NCBI GenBank assembly: GCA_034780895.1
Contig: JAUZTB010000127.1
Location: forward strand, 74,213,071 to 74,277,070
DNA: 64,000 nt
Reading direction: 5' to 3'
Origin: Rhynchobatus australiae
Lineage: Eukaryota
The notes beneath the pieces were generated by a model that was not told where the DNA came from, made no database searches, and saw only the letters and a list, made by a program, of their open reading frames with translations. Both the position numbers and the translations under genes were made by a program. Positions 39,046 through 51,719 of the stretch are shown piece after piece. The number at the start of each line of letters is the position of its first letter. The first letter of the stretch is position 1.

Positions 39046-39949
39046 GAGGGAGGGCATCCAACTGTGGAGAACAGCACTGCTACATTCATCATTATAGGGA
39101 GACACAAGAGACTGCAGATGCTGGAATCTGGAGCAACACACAAAATGCTGGAGGAACTCAGTGGGTGATGCAACCATGATTATAAAAAGGTAGGCACCAA
39201 AACATTCAGGTCAGTAGAGGAAAAAAAAAACTTCATTTAAGGAGAGACTGGAGAGGGAAGGAAAGAGATTGTCACACTGATAGTTTCAAACAAGGGAAGA
39301 AATAAGGATGCTCGAGTGGAGCATAAATGCCAGAATGGGTTGTATGGGTTGAATGCTGTTCCTTTGTTGTATATTCTAACTAATCCTATGTAACATTTCT
39401 TGTGACAAGGTCTTAAGTCCCAACGATCCTGGGCTTTACAGAGAACCCCATGTGAGCAAGTATGTTGTAAGAAGCCAATGAGTCCATCTCTATTTCACTG
39501 GCCCAAACTCAGAACATTTCTGCCGCTGGGCTCCCTCTGAAGTTTTTTTCACCAACCCCTCCCTTGTGCTGAATTCAGAGGGAGGGACAAAGCAGAAAAA
39601 CACCAGCTCTACATTACTTGCCATCCATACAAAGTATGTTAGTGAGATACAAATGTACAATTGTGTCCATGTGTAATTCCTACAAAATGAGGAGGTTAAC
39701 AAACTTACTGCCTTTAATACAGCAGCATATGAGCAGTGCAATTTTTTTTTCAAATATCAAACAGCACAACCTTTTACACACATACGTAAATGTTCCAGCA
39801 GGAATATTTAGATCCAAAACTTTGGCTGATATCTCATGGCAGACATCACCTGAAACCACCCTCCAGACATCACCTAGCTCCAATTGGATCAAAATACCAA
39901 AATATTGCAACACCAGGAACCTCCATCACAGTGAACACAAAGATCTGAG

Positions 39950-42900
39950 ACTTTAAATCTGAAGCAAGATTTATTAAAATGACCTGTACATTTCTGAGCA
40001 GATTGTTGAGAAAAATATATTTTTAATATACGACAATATAAAAAAACTTCCCATACAAATATTTCTCATTGGGTGCACATATTTCGCAGGAATACAACAT
40101 ATGTACAGTTGGCAACAAAACTCATATGTTTAAATACCTGAGATCAGACGTATTCTCAATATTAAATAGAATCTCTGCCATTAGAAGTTCTTACAGACAT
40201 TCCATTCCCTGAATACTCTCTCACACATACTTCTCACCAATACAATACTCCACTAGCTTCAATATTTATAAAGCAGAACATACATGAACTCTCAGCAAAA
40301 GCATTCCTTATGTCCATTTCTTTCCCTAGATGAGAATACAAATACTGTAATAATGCTGGTATTACACAAACTGTGTGCGGTCTCTGCATTGTTCCCATCT
40401 GTTAACTGCAATAAACAAAATATCACGGAAACTGCACTTGTGACTTCTCACTACACTATCCCAGCTCTCTGCTGAGAACACAGTTCTGTAGAGTTCAGTC
40501 ATGGAATGCCAGCAAAATAAAAAAAACAACTTGCCATTGTCCTTTTTACATAATGCCCTTTGCATTTCTTCATTTTATGGAGGAGTGGTTGGTAACTTCA
40601 GAGTTCTAAAAAGGGACTGGGGCTGAAAAAAGCCATTGTGAGACCCAACATATCATGAAATATGTATGCCAGGCACATGATCACTCAAAGTCATCTGCAT
40701 AAATAGTTTCTAAAATCATTCAATCAAAACTCCAGAACATCTTACCATACTTCTTTGATAGCTGCCTTCCTTTGCCTGACATTTCCATAATTATAGCATT
40801 TTGAAATTCATTGCCACATTACTTCACATTTGTTTAATGCTAACTTAAATGCCTATTCATAGGATGAAGACATTTACTTTGAGAGAAGGTTCAGAGCTTA
40901 TCAGGAGGCTAAAAGTAAATTGTTTACGTTATCACAGTTTCTCATTCGTAGAAATAGCTCTTGTGGCTGTTGCATCTCTAATGTTCTGGGATTGTAAACT
41001 TACAAACCCATCCTCCCCCTTCGAGCCTCCTTTAAATAGTTGGCCTCTCTTTTACTTTGAACCAATTAATTTATCTTCATTGCACTTAAGAGTTCAACTT
41101 ATCTTTCCTGAGGTCTTTTTGATCATCTTCTGGCTCTTAGATGCAAGTTAAGAACAAATAAATTTGGGAACTGCAATAAAGATCTATCAGTCAAGCTCAC
41201 GCTTCTTGTCATTTTGTAACCTGAGGGCCAAGCTAAGGATTTGAACCTGGAGCACATGCACTTGAAGTGAGGGGCAAGTCCAGTGTCTCAATTAACTTGA
41301 CAAACTATTTTGGCTCTGAACAGCTGGATGAGTCTTGGTTTGGTTTAATTGAACTGAAAGTAAAATTTCCAGGTGCTGAAAGGACCAGAGGGGCAATCAC
41401 TGAGGGTAATTATAATGTTTTGTAATTGCCGCCTCATTGAAAGTGATCTCGGCTCAGCAGGATCATAGCCAAGCAACAAGAGTTGCTCTGTCTCAAACCA
41501 GTGCAAAGTTGTTAATACAATGAAAGCGAGGGCACATGATACCCAAAGATGGCAGAATTAACTGGAGTCCATTATGTGTCCTCAATCTCTGCTCTCAAGT
41601 CTTCTGCTACTGAATTTTAATTTAAGCCCCTCACAAAAAGACAAACATTTCAAATTCACTGCCTCTAAGGACTGTGTCTCAGCTTGAATATTAGGTTAAG
41701 CCAAGGAAAAATGCCTCAGTAATTGATTTGTGAAAGAAACATGAAAATTAAATGTGAAGGCAATGCAAGAGAAATAAAATTTCATTGGGGTGGGGAGGGA
41801 GCATATTTTCTTCATTATCTGACAATTGAAATGCAGATGATAAGCCCTTCAAGCACTCAAGTAGCAAATCTCTTCTAGTCCTCAAAAAAAGGTAGCATTA
41901 TAATATTTATTGCAAAAGATCGAACCTTTCAAGGTTCACATAGGAATCACCCTCCTGCTTGAGGCGTTGTCACAGCCAGGCCAGAGCAACATGGAACAAA
42001 CCAGTTACAACAGTGAACTAATCAGTGGTAAAAATAACTAGAAGTATTTACAGGGCGTTTGGAATGGTAGGATTAGAAATCCATTTCAAAATTCCACTCC
42101 TCCAGTCATAATGAAATTTAAAACAAAACAGCAAAATAAATATCTAGAATAGGATAAGTAGTGGCAACAGGAAAATGTCACTGTATTTTGCTATTGGGAT
42201 TGTGAGACAACAAAAACACACCTCTGTGGCCTGCATTAAGATATGGGGTGGGTTGGTCCACCCAAGACTAGCTGAAATAAACAGAAACTGTTGAAGGTAA
42301 CTAAGATGACAAATTTAAAAAGTTAAATCAAAGTAGTAAAATGTAATGAAATGTCAAAGTTCTATCAATGCTCTTCCTTTATGGAAGACATCCAAAAATA
42401 GAGGGATCAGGACAATTTCAAGTCCTGAGGAAAAGTTCTAAAGGACCTTTATTTTCATTGGAGAATGAAGACTCCAATAGTTTCAGGTAATCAAAAAGCT
42501 TAGATAAGCTATTTACCTCCATCTAGTAGGGTGGAGGNNNNNNNNNGGAGGGTGGGTCTACGCAGAGACCCGAGGGAAGGGGTCTTTGAATTTTCCTTAG
42601 TGTTTGGCTTCAGAACTGCAAGGACCTAGAGTTTCATTTGCCTGTTCCATATAGAGTAATAGTATAACCAATGTACAGAAAGAAAAGGGAGACAAATACA
42701 TGAACATATTTTGTACATTTAGAAGTACACAAGTACTATACCTGATACCCTATGTTAAGGTACCATGTCTGGAAAGGTTAAGATAAAATATTAGTGCAGC
42801 ATTCCACAGAAATGGCAAAATCTTATACAAGCTTGAGGTTAAAAATAACCTCAAATAGTTTAAACAGCCAGATTTACTACAGAGAACAGCTTGTGTCACT

Positions 42901-43511
42901 TCAATGGTATACGTCCACAATAAATGCTCGAAACACATTACTCCACTTCAGTTAAGCAACTTTTCACATCGGCCACATCAGACTCTAGCCAACATTTCCC
43001 CACATACACAGTTTAAAAAAAACTCCTGGACATTAAATTCTATATCCCCCTTGCACTTCCTTTTTTCCATTGTTTGACAGCCTCAACTCCATTTCAAGCC
43101 ATTTCCTTTCATTTATAATTTTTTACCAGCCGAATATGTTGCAAGCTACATCACTGTTGGCAGATTTACAACAATTCATACCAAACCAAGTCTGATAACA
43201 AAGTTAGAACAACTTTGAGTTAAAATTAAGATGCTAGTCTTCTTTGTTCCAAATGCATGGGTGCAAGAATTGTCAGCAGTTAAGGGGTGGCAGCTACAGG
43301 AACAGACAACAAAATTCAACCAAGAGTTGGAAATTATTGTAAGAAATGGGTTGGAGGGCCACCTTCTTCTGAACCTGTGTTGCAACGTGTCTAGCTGGTA
43401 TAGGTAGAAGACCAGTCACCATTCAATGACAGCTGCCACAATGCACACTCAAATAAACCATCTTTCTTCCATCTGAAGTGTCAGTTCACTTCAGATTTTG
43501 ATCTTTAATCC
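39950..43511 (-). other. STARD8: Probable long 3' UTR of STARD8 (about 3.5 kb)
   Basis: AT-rich stretch after the stop with no recognisable TE. Minus-strand AATAAA at 42453-42448, 41911-41906 and 39975-39970. Extent is inferred without transcript data. Confidence 0.55.
39970..39975 (-). terminator. Candidate distal polyadenylation signal AATAAA
   Basis: Plus-strand tttatt. A UGUA element lies just upstream and a GU-rich tract (tttgtgttcactgtg) about 30 nt downstream on the minus strand. Confidence 0.5.
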
Positions 43512-43608
43512 TTATGGATTTGATGGCAGAAAGGAGTCCCGTATCCTAGCAACCTCTACAGCACAAAGATATCCTGAGACCTTGTTGTACCATTCAGGAG
43601 TCCTGCCC
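43512..43608 (-). CDS. STARD8: STARD8 terminal coding exon
   Basis: Translated by hand: RGRTPEWYNKVSGYLCAVEVARIRDSFLPSNP*; ttttccag|G acceptor; TAA at 43514-43512. Confidence 0.94.
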
Positions 43609-44681
43609 CTGGAAAATAAATAGGAAAGAAGAATGCAAGAAAGGTTGAGAACAAGGCTATTAGTCCCCTCAAAGTCCATCCCATTGGTACCTTAATTTAC
43701 CCATTATATCATGTCCATCTACATTTCAAATACATCCCTAATGTTTCTCCCACTACAACTCCAATCCGTAGTTTATTCTAAGCAACCAGTATGCTCCAAG
43801 TAAAATAATCCTTGTAAAAGCTGTTTTGAAATTAGCTGCCACTAGTTTATGTCTTCTAGATCTGATTTATGTGGGAGCAATATTCAACAGTACTAATATT
43901 TTGTAAGGAATACTACTTGATCTTTTTCTCCAGGATATTTGCACAGATATTCCACTGCAGTCATGATTGAAAATCAGGAGAATTTCAATCCCAAAATATT
44001 AGGAATGACAAGGACAGCTCCAGATAGCAATTGAACATCACATATTTTGTAGAGCAATCATGACCCAAAGGTACGGTGAACATTTCACAAACTATTTCAG
44101 TTGCATTTACTTGGCACCATTATGGCTAAACAAGTCATCGATTATTTGTAGATTTATACAGTTCAGATTTGGACATCAGAAGACATATTGGATGATGGGC
44201 ATCAGGTCCCATTTGAATCAATAAAGATCTACCACGAAATGAGTCTCTGGCACCTAAGCAGAGTAAAAAACATTGCTCTGCAGGAGAAGGGGTAGGTGTG
44301 CTAAGACTGGGTTTCAGACAAGTACAAGTAGTTTTATTTATCTTCTATTGCTGTACTTGGCCAGAAGTTGTCAATCCAAAAGGCAATACTCCTCATGTTA
44401 ATGAGCAAAAAAATCCAAATGAGAAAAAATTTTTGTAAAACATGCACTTTGTTATCTAACTCAGGGACAGACCTCACACAGACTGCTCATCATTCTTTGA
44501 TATGCAAGGCAATCCCAAAATATTACTTTACTTTATCAAGTAAGCTGGATGAGAACTCCTGAAATTTCGCCAACAATGGTTCTGATTGATAGGTGACCCC
44601 CAGTGCCTAAAACCACCAACCTGCGTGTTCACATTCCTGTAGTTCATGCAGACAAAGGAAGAGAAAGAATGTAACACATAC

Positions 44682-44858
44682 CTTAGGTCAGTTCGGGAGA
44701 TGTATGTGAGCCGGGATCTACCTGAACCACAAGGCTCAACCAAGTACTGCGAGTTCAGTACTACTGCTCTTACACCTCCCTCCAAGTGTACTGAGTCATG
44801 TTCAATAGAGACTGTTACCAGAATGCACAAGTCCTTTAGCAAATCAGCTCGCCAGGTC
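44682..44858 (-). CDS. STARD8: STARD8 coding exon, START domain
   Basis: RTWRADLLKDLCILVTVSIEH...GGVRAVVLNSQYLVEPCGSGRSRLTYISRTDLR; tttcag|G acceptor, AG|GTATGT donor; 177 bp. Confidence 0.96.
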
Positions 44859-45499
44859 CTGAAACAGAAGCAAACAATTAAAATGTAGTGGATTGGGAAC
44901 TGGATATTTAATCCAAGATAATCAGTTCAATTTAATAAAATGAAAGCATCCTCTGTTCACTGATAGCAAGGGACCATATGAATTAAATTTGATGCCATTT
45001 TAGTTCTGTTCTTATTTGGAATCTGGCCTTAACACAAAAATCATATACCTGGTGAATACCTTTAGACAAACAGTGAGGCACATTGTACTTGGACATGAAA
45101 TATTTGTGGACAAGGCAACATCAGTGGAATCAGTACTTAGATAAATAATTATGGTGTAAATAATCAGGATACAGGCTAGATACAGGAAGTGGAATTAGAC
45201 TAAAGACCTCTCTACAGGGCAGCTTCTCTGATTCTGACATTGTTAGAAAAGCAGGTTTGCACTGCAGTTTTTTTTATTGTGCATGATCAGTGGAATGTTC
45301 CAAAGTATGTTTTCAAGTTTTCTGCCATGCTGGGGGTTCGATGAATTGCTCCAAATGGGTTCTGATTTGTAAAGTCTTGATTTTGATTATTTTGTAGATT
45401 TATATATTTCCTCTATGATAATCAATAAGGTGCCAAAGGATATTAAATAGGATTATAACAAATGGGAATGGGGTAAAATACTGACATGAATTGACAACT

Positions 45500-46380
45500 G
45501 AGTACAGAAGCAAAGAGAAAGAACAAATGGGTCATTTTCAGTTGAGAAACTATGATTAGCGGCGTATCACAGGGATCAGTGTAGGGTTCTAGCTGTTCAT
45601 AATCCACATCAATGATTTGGAGATATTAAACTTGCTCCCCTTATTCAAGATTGCTGAGTATGCAAAGCTTGGTGGCAGAGTGATTTCTGAGGTAAACACA
45701 TAAAGACTTCAGGGAGACATCAACAGGCTACCCAAATGGCTGAGGACATGGCACACAGCATATAATGAGAAAAGTAAGATGAGCCACTTCGGTAGAGGAA
45801 AAGATAGAAAAGCACAGTATTATTAAATGGTGCAAGATTGAAAGGTGTTGGTGTCCGTGGCAAATGAGCATCCTCATACATAAATCACTAAAAATCAACA
45901 TCTAACAGCAAGCAATTAGGAAGGTTAAAGACATGTTGGCCTTTAACACAAGAGTAAAGATATCATTCAGAAATTATACAAGGCCTTGGTTAGAGTGCAC
46001 CTGGAAAATTGTATGTAGGTCTGGACTCCTTTAAAAAAGGATACACTTCCAATAGGAGTGCAACAAGGTTTCTTCAGATTGATTCCTGGCATGGGGTGGT
46101 TAGTTCTATGAGGGGAAGTTAAGTAGACAGGGTCTTTGCTGTCATTTTAGGTGATATTGAAGTGTATACAATGCTTACAGTTTTTGACACGTTTTATGCA
46201 GAGATTATTTTCTCCCCCTAGCTGGGATTTAGAATCAAGGGTCAAAATCAGAGGTCAGTTATTCGGGTCTGAGTTGAGAAAAGTCTTTACTCAGAGGCCA
46301 ATGAATGCTATTTAATGAGGTTCAGTCACCGAGTATATTCAGGAGAGGGATTGCTGGATTTTTGGAATCAAAGAATGTGA
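45500..46380 (+). mobile_element. Old CR1 RT/3' fragment in a STARD8 intron (antisense)
   Basis: SGVSQGSV, IHINDL and ALVRVHLE motifs, heavily decayed. Confidence 0.75.
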
Positions 46381-46665
46381 AATAATGAATTCAAAGATTT
46401 CAGATAACCTGTCTTTCCTGTTTGTTTCAGAATTGGCCGGTCTGATGTAAAATCACCATCTCTAAAAGTAACTCTGCTTTTCTCTCTTCACTGATGCAAT
46501 TGAGTACTTCCAGTGTTCTCTTTCACTTCAGATTTCAACTAACTGCTGTGCTATGCACCTTCCAGTTCCATTCTGTCCTCACCATCTCCATGTAGTTACA
46601 GCTCCTCCAGACAGACCAGAAGTAATTAAAAAGCATTTGTCACCTTCTCTTAGAAAGCACCAAAC

Positions 46666-47055
46666 CACCACAGTGTTGAGCAAAGAGCAAGCTCACAGAG
46701 AACCCAAATGCAGCACACTGGTACAGGACTGGAATCAGGATACTCCCTCAGGACAAAACACCAGCAGCAACTGGAAAGAATCTTGCCACAGAGTTCTGAT
46801 TAGGAATCCCAACACAAACTGAATCTTCAAACAGGGACAGAGAACACAGGACTGCTCTAGAGTACAGCACTCTAAACAGCCAGAGGTTGACCAATACTCT
46901 GGCAACTAGTGCTAGAGAAACCCAGGTACTTATGCTAGACCCCTGATGGGGCTCAGGTGTGTGTCATTATGCAATCAGTCCAGCATGGAATCCATGTGCT
47001 GGACAACAAGGCATCTAAGGAGCCAAATCAAGGGCCAGTACTCAGAACCATGACA
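46666..47055 (-). mobile_element. LTR-like family B, gap-free 390-bp copy with 5-bp TSD
   Basis: Starts TGTCATGG on the minus strand; CAAAC is duplicated at 46661-46665 and 47056-47060; flanked by Penelope terminal-repeat relics (about 46385-46545 and 47085-47290). Confidence 0.82.
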
Positions 47056-47857
47056 CAAACAGCATGTGTGTTACCTGCATTCACCTTGGTCTCATTCCCT
47101 TTGTTTTCTCTACCTCTCTCCCTCTTCCTGCAATTTAAAACAAGCTTGTTTTCTCACTTTTCCAGTTCTGATGGAAGGTCACTGATCTTTACTTCTCTCT
47201 CCACACTTGCTGCCTGACTGCTGAGTGTACTTTCACTGTTTTCTGTTTTTATTTCAGGATTCTCAATATCAGCAATTTTTTTTTTGCTTTTTGAGGGTTG
47301 TCAACATGTTTCTAGGTTATGAAAAATTTCAATTACATCACAGTAAAAAAATGTTATGTGAATGAAAATCAACTTAAGCTAGAGTAAAATTATGTAATAG
47401 CTTACCAAGAGAATACTGAACAGAGTAAGCCATTCATATAGCCTGAAGCCCAAATCTAATCATTCATACTCAGAAAAGGACATACAAACACAAACTGTAC
47501 AAACTGCTTTTTCTTGCTGTGGCATGCATTGCAAATTACTCGTTACCACAAAATGAAACTGCTCAATAGTCGTCTTCAACCATTTCCTGTGGCATGTTGA
47601 GCGCAAGTGAAATCGATCCTACACATGCGCTTCAGGAAGTAATGCCTACCAGTCTAAACACTTCAGTTTGTCTTACACAATGTTTCAATTAAAGTTATCC
47701 TTAATTATTATATACAGTATTCAGATGAGGATTCTTCATCAATCACAAGATTCCTCAATTTGGTCAACCATAAATCAGGAGTGGAATCCAATTGCAATGA
47801 AACACATTATTTGGGGTATATAAAATGGCAATTTGCCAATGCATTAACTGGTCATAC

Positions 47858-48075
47858 CTCAGAACAACAAAGTCTCTCCTGGGATGTGGTGCCATGCTGT
47901 CCAGAACATAATGGAAGATATCCGTATTTTTGTCCAAATGTTCCACGATTTTTCCCATCAACACATCATCATCCCAGAGATGTCGCTCTCGGAGCAGACG
48001 GTTTAACACCGAGTTTGGGGGCGCTTCTATTTCAGTCGTTACCTTCCACAAACGAATGGGATATCCATCACCAAC
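47858..48075 (-). CDS. STARD8: STARD8 coding exon, START domain
   Basis: VGDGYPIRLWKVTTEIEAPPNSVLNRLLRERHLWDDD...SMAPHPRRDFVVLR; ctggtag|GTT acceptor, AG|GTATGA donor; 218 bp. Confidence 0.96.
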
Positions 48076-49739
48076 CTACCAGAACAAGGAAAAGCAGATA
48101 AATGTTATGGTCACTGTACTGCTATTACAAATAACCCCTCAAACAAAAGGCATTAATCACATCAGTGAGCGGAGAATATCACTGCAATGTGCTGTTACAC
48201 AAAACAAATTTGGATTTAATCAGATTCAATCTTCTCTAACTTCCTTCTCTCAAAATTTGACTAAGGCTGTCCTCTAAAGAGGCCCAGATTGAGAGACATG
48301 TCTGTTCACTTCCGGCAAAATTGCTCTTCAAATGGAGGACCAGTATTCCCAAAACATGATAATTAATTATTATGAAACAAGTTAAATGAAATACCTTTGC
48401 AGATTGTGATCATCATGTTTAAGGAATTTCCTGGATCTTCCCCATTTGCAAACTAGTAATTGCACTTCTTGAGTAATTCTATGTTTATTTCACTTTCCAT
48501 CCCATTAAACTTATCAAGAATCTCCACTACACTACCCCAAGAGATGTGGAACATTCTTCTCTGATGGACTCATACGCAAGTATATAAGGACACCAGACAG
48601 AAGACATCAATCACATAACTTAGGCAATTAGCAGTTTCTTCCAATGTCTGAAGATAAGCACCAATAATCACATAACTGCAGTGTCAATGATTCTCACCCT
48701 TAGTCTATAGCAGTGGTACAGCAATCAAAATCAATCAGTTGAGTAACATTAATTAAGTAATCGGTAGGTTATATCAATAAATGTCCGTGATGCTTCATTA
48801 CCTAGTCCTGTTAAAAGATGCCCCTGTCACAGAAGCAAGGCACAAGTATTTTGTTGCTCTCTTCCTCAGCATAAAAATTGGGCCTCTTTAAACTTCATTT
48901 TATGGACTTGCCTGTAGTTATGTAGAATTACTAAAAATTGATTCCACTTTTTAAATAAACCTGAGTTATATATTAAGTAGATAAAACTATAATGTAATCT
49001 TTTTTAAAATATTTAACAGAAGTATCATATTTAAATAGGAGAACATCAGAGATTACTATTGTGTTTTGCCTCATGTATACTTATTGCATAGTGTTTATAT
49101 AAATTCAAGAAGCTACTGTTACTAATATGTTGCTGCTCAAGCAATTATGGATTTTAATTGCATTCAATCTTCGCCACCATCATTCATCCATCTATTGCCT
49201 ATGTGCTCCCTCAGTAGACAGGGTCTGCACAGGAAGAGACTCTCTTCAAAAGAGGTTTTGACTGTGAGACTAACTTTTAGACCTTTATTGAAACTCCTCT
49301 TCAAGATGGGATAAATTTCCCGAAAGCATGATGAGTAATCATTATTGAGTAGCTTGGGGATTAGAAATGTTGTGGATATGTGGAAATGGGATAGTTCTGC
49401 TTGGTTGAGGTCCTGCATGCGATCCGCCAGCATCATTACAGTCAGTAGGGACACAGAAAGAGACTGCTCTTTTTAGAATTAAGTATCTGAAGACAATTTT
49501 GCTTTGTTATGGTCAATGATTTTGTCTGAGTTGCACACTCGGAATGTCTGAAATCACCCAATGTCTGCCCAGACAGAATGCCAAGATAAAAAGAAACTGG
49601 AAGTGATTCAAACACTCATTCACACAATGGGATTATCCCAATGAGTAAGAAATGCAGAGTCTGTCATTATTTATTAAACAGACAAAAGCTTTTACTGATG
49701 TCCTGTTTTCTGCTAGTTTTCATGCTATCAATCACTCAT

Positions 49740-49990
49740 CCCATAGCTCAGTGGCATTCATTAGAATCCTCTGCAATATCCAGCAATTATAAATGCTTAT
49801 GACTGGTGATTAAAGACATGTTCTGATATATAGGCATATGGTCCATGCAAGTCCCAGTCTGTGATAGGGTAGTTCTTGCTAGCTACTATTGCTGTGAACT
49901 AGGGAGAGATTAATTTAATCAGCTCCTGCTCCTGATCACTATCCATTGAAACTGGATGAAACTGAATGAGTATGATGCAGAGTGAGTAAA
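49740..49990 (+). mobile_element. Ancient tRNA-SINE relic (LmeSINE1-like)
   Basis: agggagaga...atcagctcctgctcctgatcactatcca. The same motif appears on the minus strand at about 10470-10500 and 61020-61052. Confidence 0.45.
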
Positions 49991-50457
49991 AAATAGAGCA
50001 CTGGACAAAAAAGGGAGAGAATTGAGAAGATAGAAGATTGAGAGAGAAAAAGAACCAGATGATAAATCGGCACTATTCATGCCCCGTAGCACTGTTCCAG
50101 GAGTATTATCTTCTGGTTAATGCTCCAAGTGCCAGCAGGAAGAGAAATGTTAAAAAAAAATCTGATATATTGTAGAAACAGTTCAGAGTGGAATTGATGA
50201 ATGTCCATAAGAAGCAAGCTTTTCTTTTCCATTGGGACTGATAGGCAGCATGGTGGGAGCAGCAGACAGAAAGACAAAAGAAAATGCTGCACACAAGCAC
50301 CTTTTTTTGATTTGCATAGTCTGGAAAAGGTTGTTAAATACACATGGTTATAGATATCTTGAGATTTTTATTCAGTGTGAATTAAAATATGGTTTGATGG
50401 CCCGACACTCGCACAAAGTTTTAAGAAAGCGGGTCCAGTTTGATATTTAATTATGAA

Positions 50458-50557
50458 ATAAAAAACAGAAAATGCTGAAAATACTCAATAGGTCATGCAG
50501 CATCTGTGGAAAGAGAAACAGTTAACATTCAAGCTCTGGAACCTTTCATCAGAACTG
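50458..50557 (-). mobile_element. Penelope terminal-repeat fragment with hammerhead relic
   Basis: CAGTT-CTGATGA-AAG...CTT-GAAT-GTT-AACTG, followed by the common tail tttctctttccacagatgctgc. Confidence 0.7.
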
Positions 50558-50836
50558 AAGGGCAATAGTCATTTTTTAATCATGTTCCTGGAATGGTACC
50601 TCAGATGGAAAGCATGCAAAATAAAGTTACAAATACATACGTAGGCATGTAAAATGTCATATCAAGATTCAAGTGAATGTTCAACTCTCTCTTTTGCAGA
50701 TTGTAAATTCCAATCAGGATGGAGAAGCACTTGACAAACAAGATTTGGCCTGAAATAGCCCAAAATAAAAATTTAATGGACAATTTATATTTGGCAATTA
50801 ATTTCAAGTCTTATCTTGCAAAACTCTATTTAATAC

Positions 50837-51058
50837 CTTTTTGTAAGAAAGCTCTGTGTTCACAGGTCCTACGGTGTTGGTCCAGCCTTTAAACTTCTCT
50901 CCCGCGTTTTTTAATAGAGCCTGGATTGAGTCCTCCATGTGGGCCACATACTCCTTGACCATGCCTCCAGGATGTCTCCTGAAGACCTCCATGGGCAAAG
51001 GCTGAGCATCAGCTGCAATATAGGAGTTCCGAGACTGCACCATTCTAGCGTGGGGGAT
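50837..51058 (-). CDS. STARD8: STARD8 coding exon, RhoGAP-START junction
   Basis: IPHARMVQSRNSYIAAD...IQALLKNAGEKFKGWTNTVGPVNTELSYKK; tcattag|ATC acceptor, AAG|GTATTA donor; 222 bp. Confidence 0.95.
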
Positions 51059-51719
51059 CTAATGAAAAGGAGAACTATTATGTAAAAACAACTTAAATTT
51101 CAGAACCACCTTAGATATTCTTTCAAGTAGAATGATGCTGGTCGCTTCGTTAAGCACTCTAAGTACCCTCTATTTAGAATGCAACCATATTACTCAATAT
51201 CCAACTACAAAACCGGATGAACAAGCAATAAATTCAGTCCAATGTGGTCTTTACTGAATACCGTATCACCCTTTTGTACATTTTTCAATCATAGCAAAAG
51301 GCAAATGAGACACAGGGTCATTCAAAGACAGATACAAATCCTAAAGTTGCGTTCGTGTACATGTAAATGAAAATCAAAAATCTGCAGATGCTGGACATCT
51401 GAAACAGGAACAGAAAGTGCTGTAAAAACTCAGGAGGTCAGGCAGAAACTGTAGAAGGAGAAAAGTTAATGTTTCAGGTCAAAGTTAACTTATCTATAAG
51501 CTGTTTCTCTTCTCACAAATGCTGCCTAATCTGCTAAATTTTTCCACCATATTCTGTTTTCATTGTATATGTAGCACGCAGGGTAAGAGGTAATGAAATC
51601 AGGGTCTTGATTTTAACCCAACCTGCCCTTCAAGAGAGTTCTAATTTTTTCCTTTACCTTCATCAGATTCTTCCCACACCTTCCAACACCCTCCCTTTGC
51701 AAAATGTTCCTAAGCACGT

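Noticed and set aside
43491-43514. Programmed stop-codon readthrough restoring the PDZ ligand
   Set aside because: UAA-G is a strong stop context, and the extension KIKI lacks the -2 Ser/Thr of a class I ligand. Decay is the simpler explanation.
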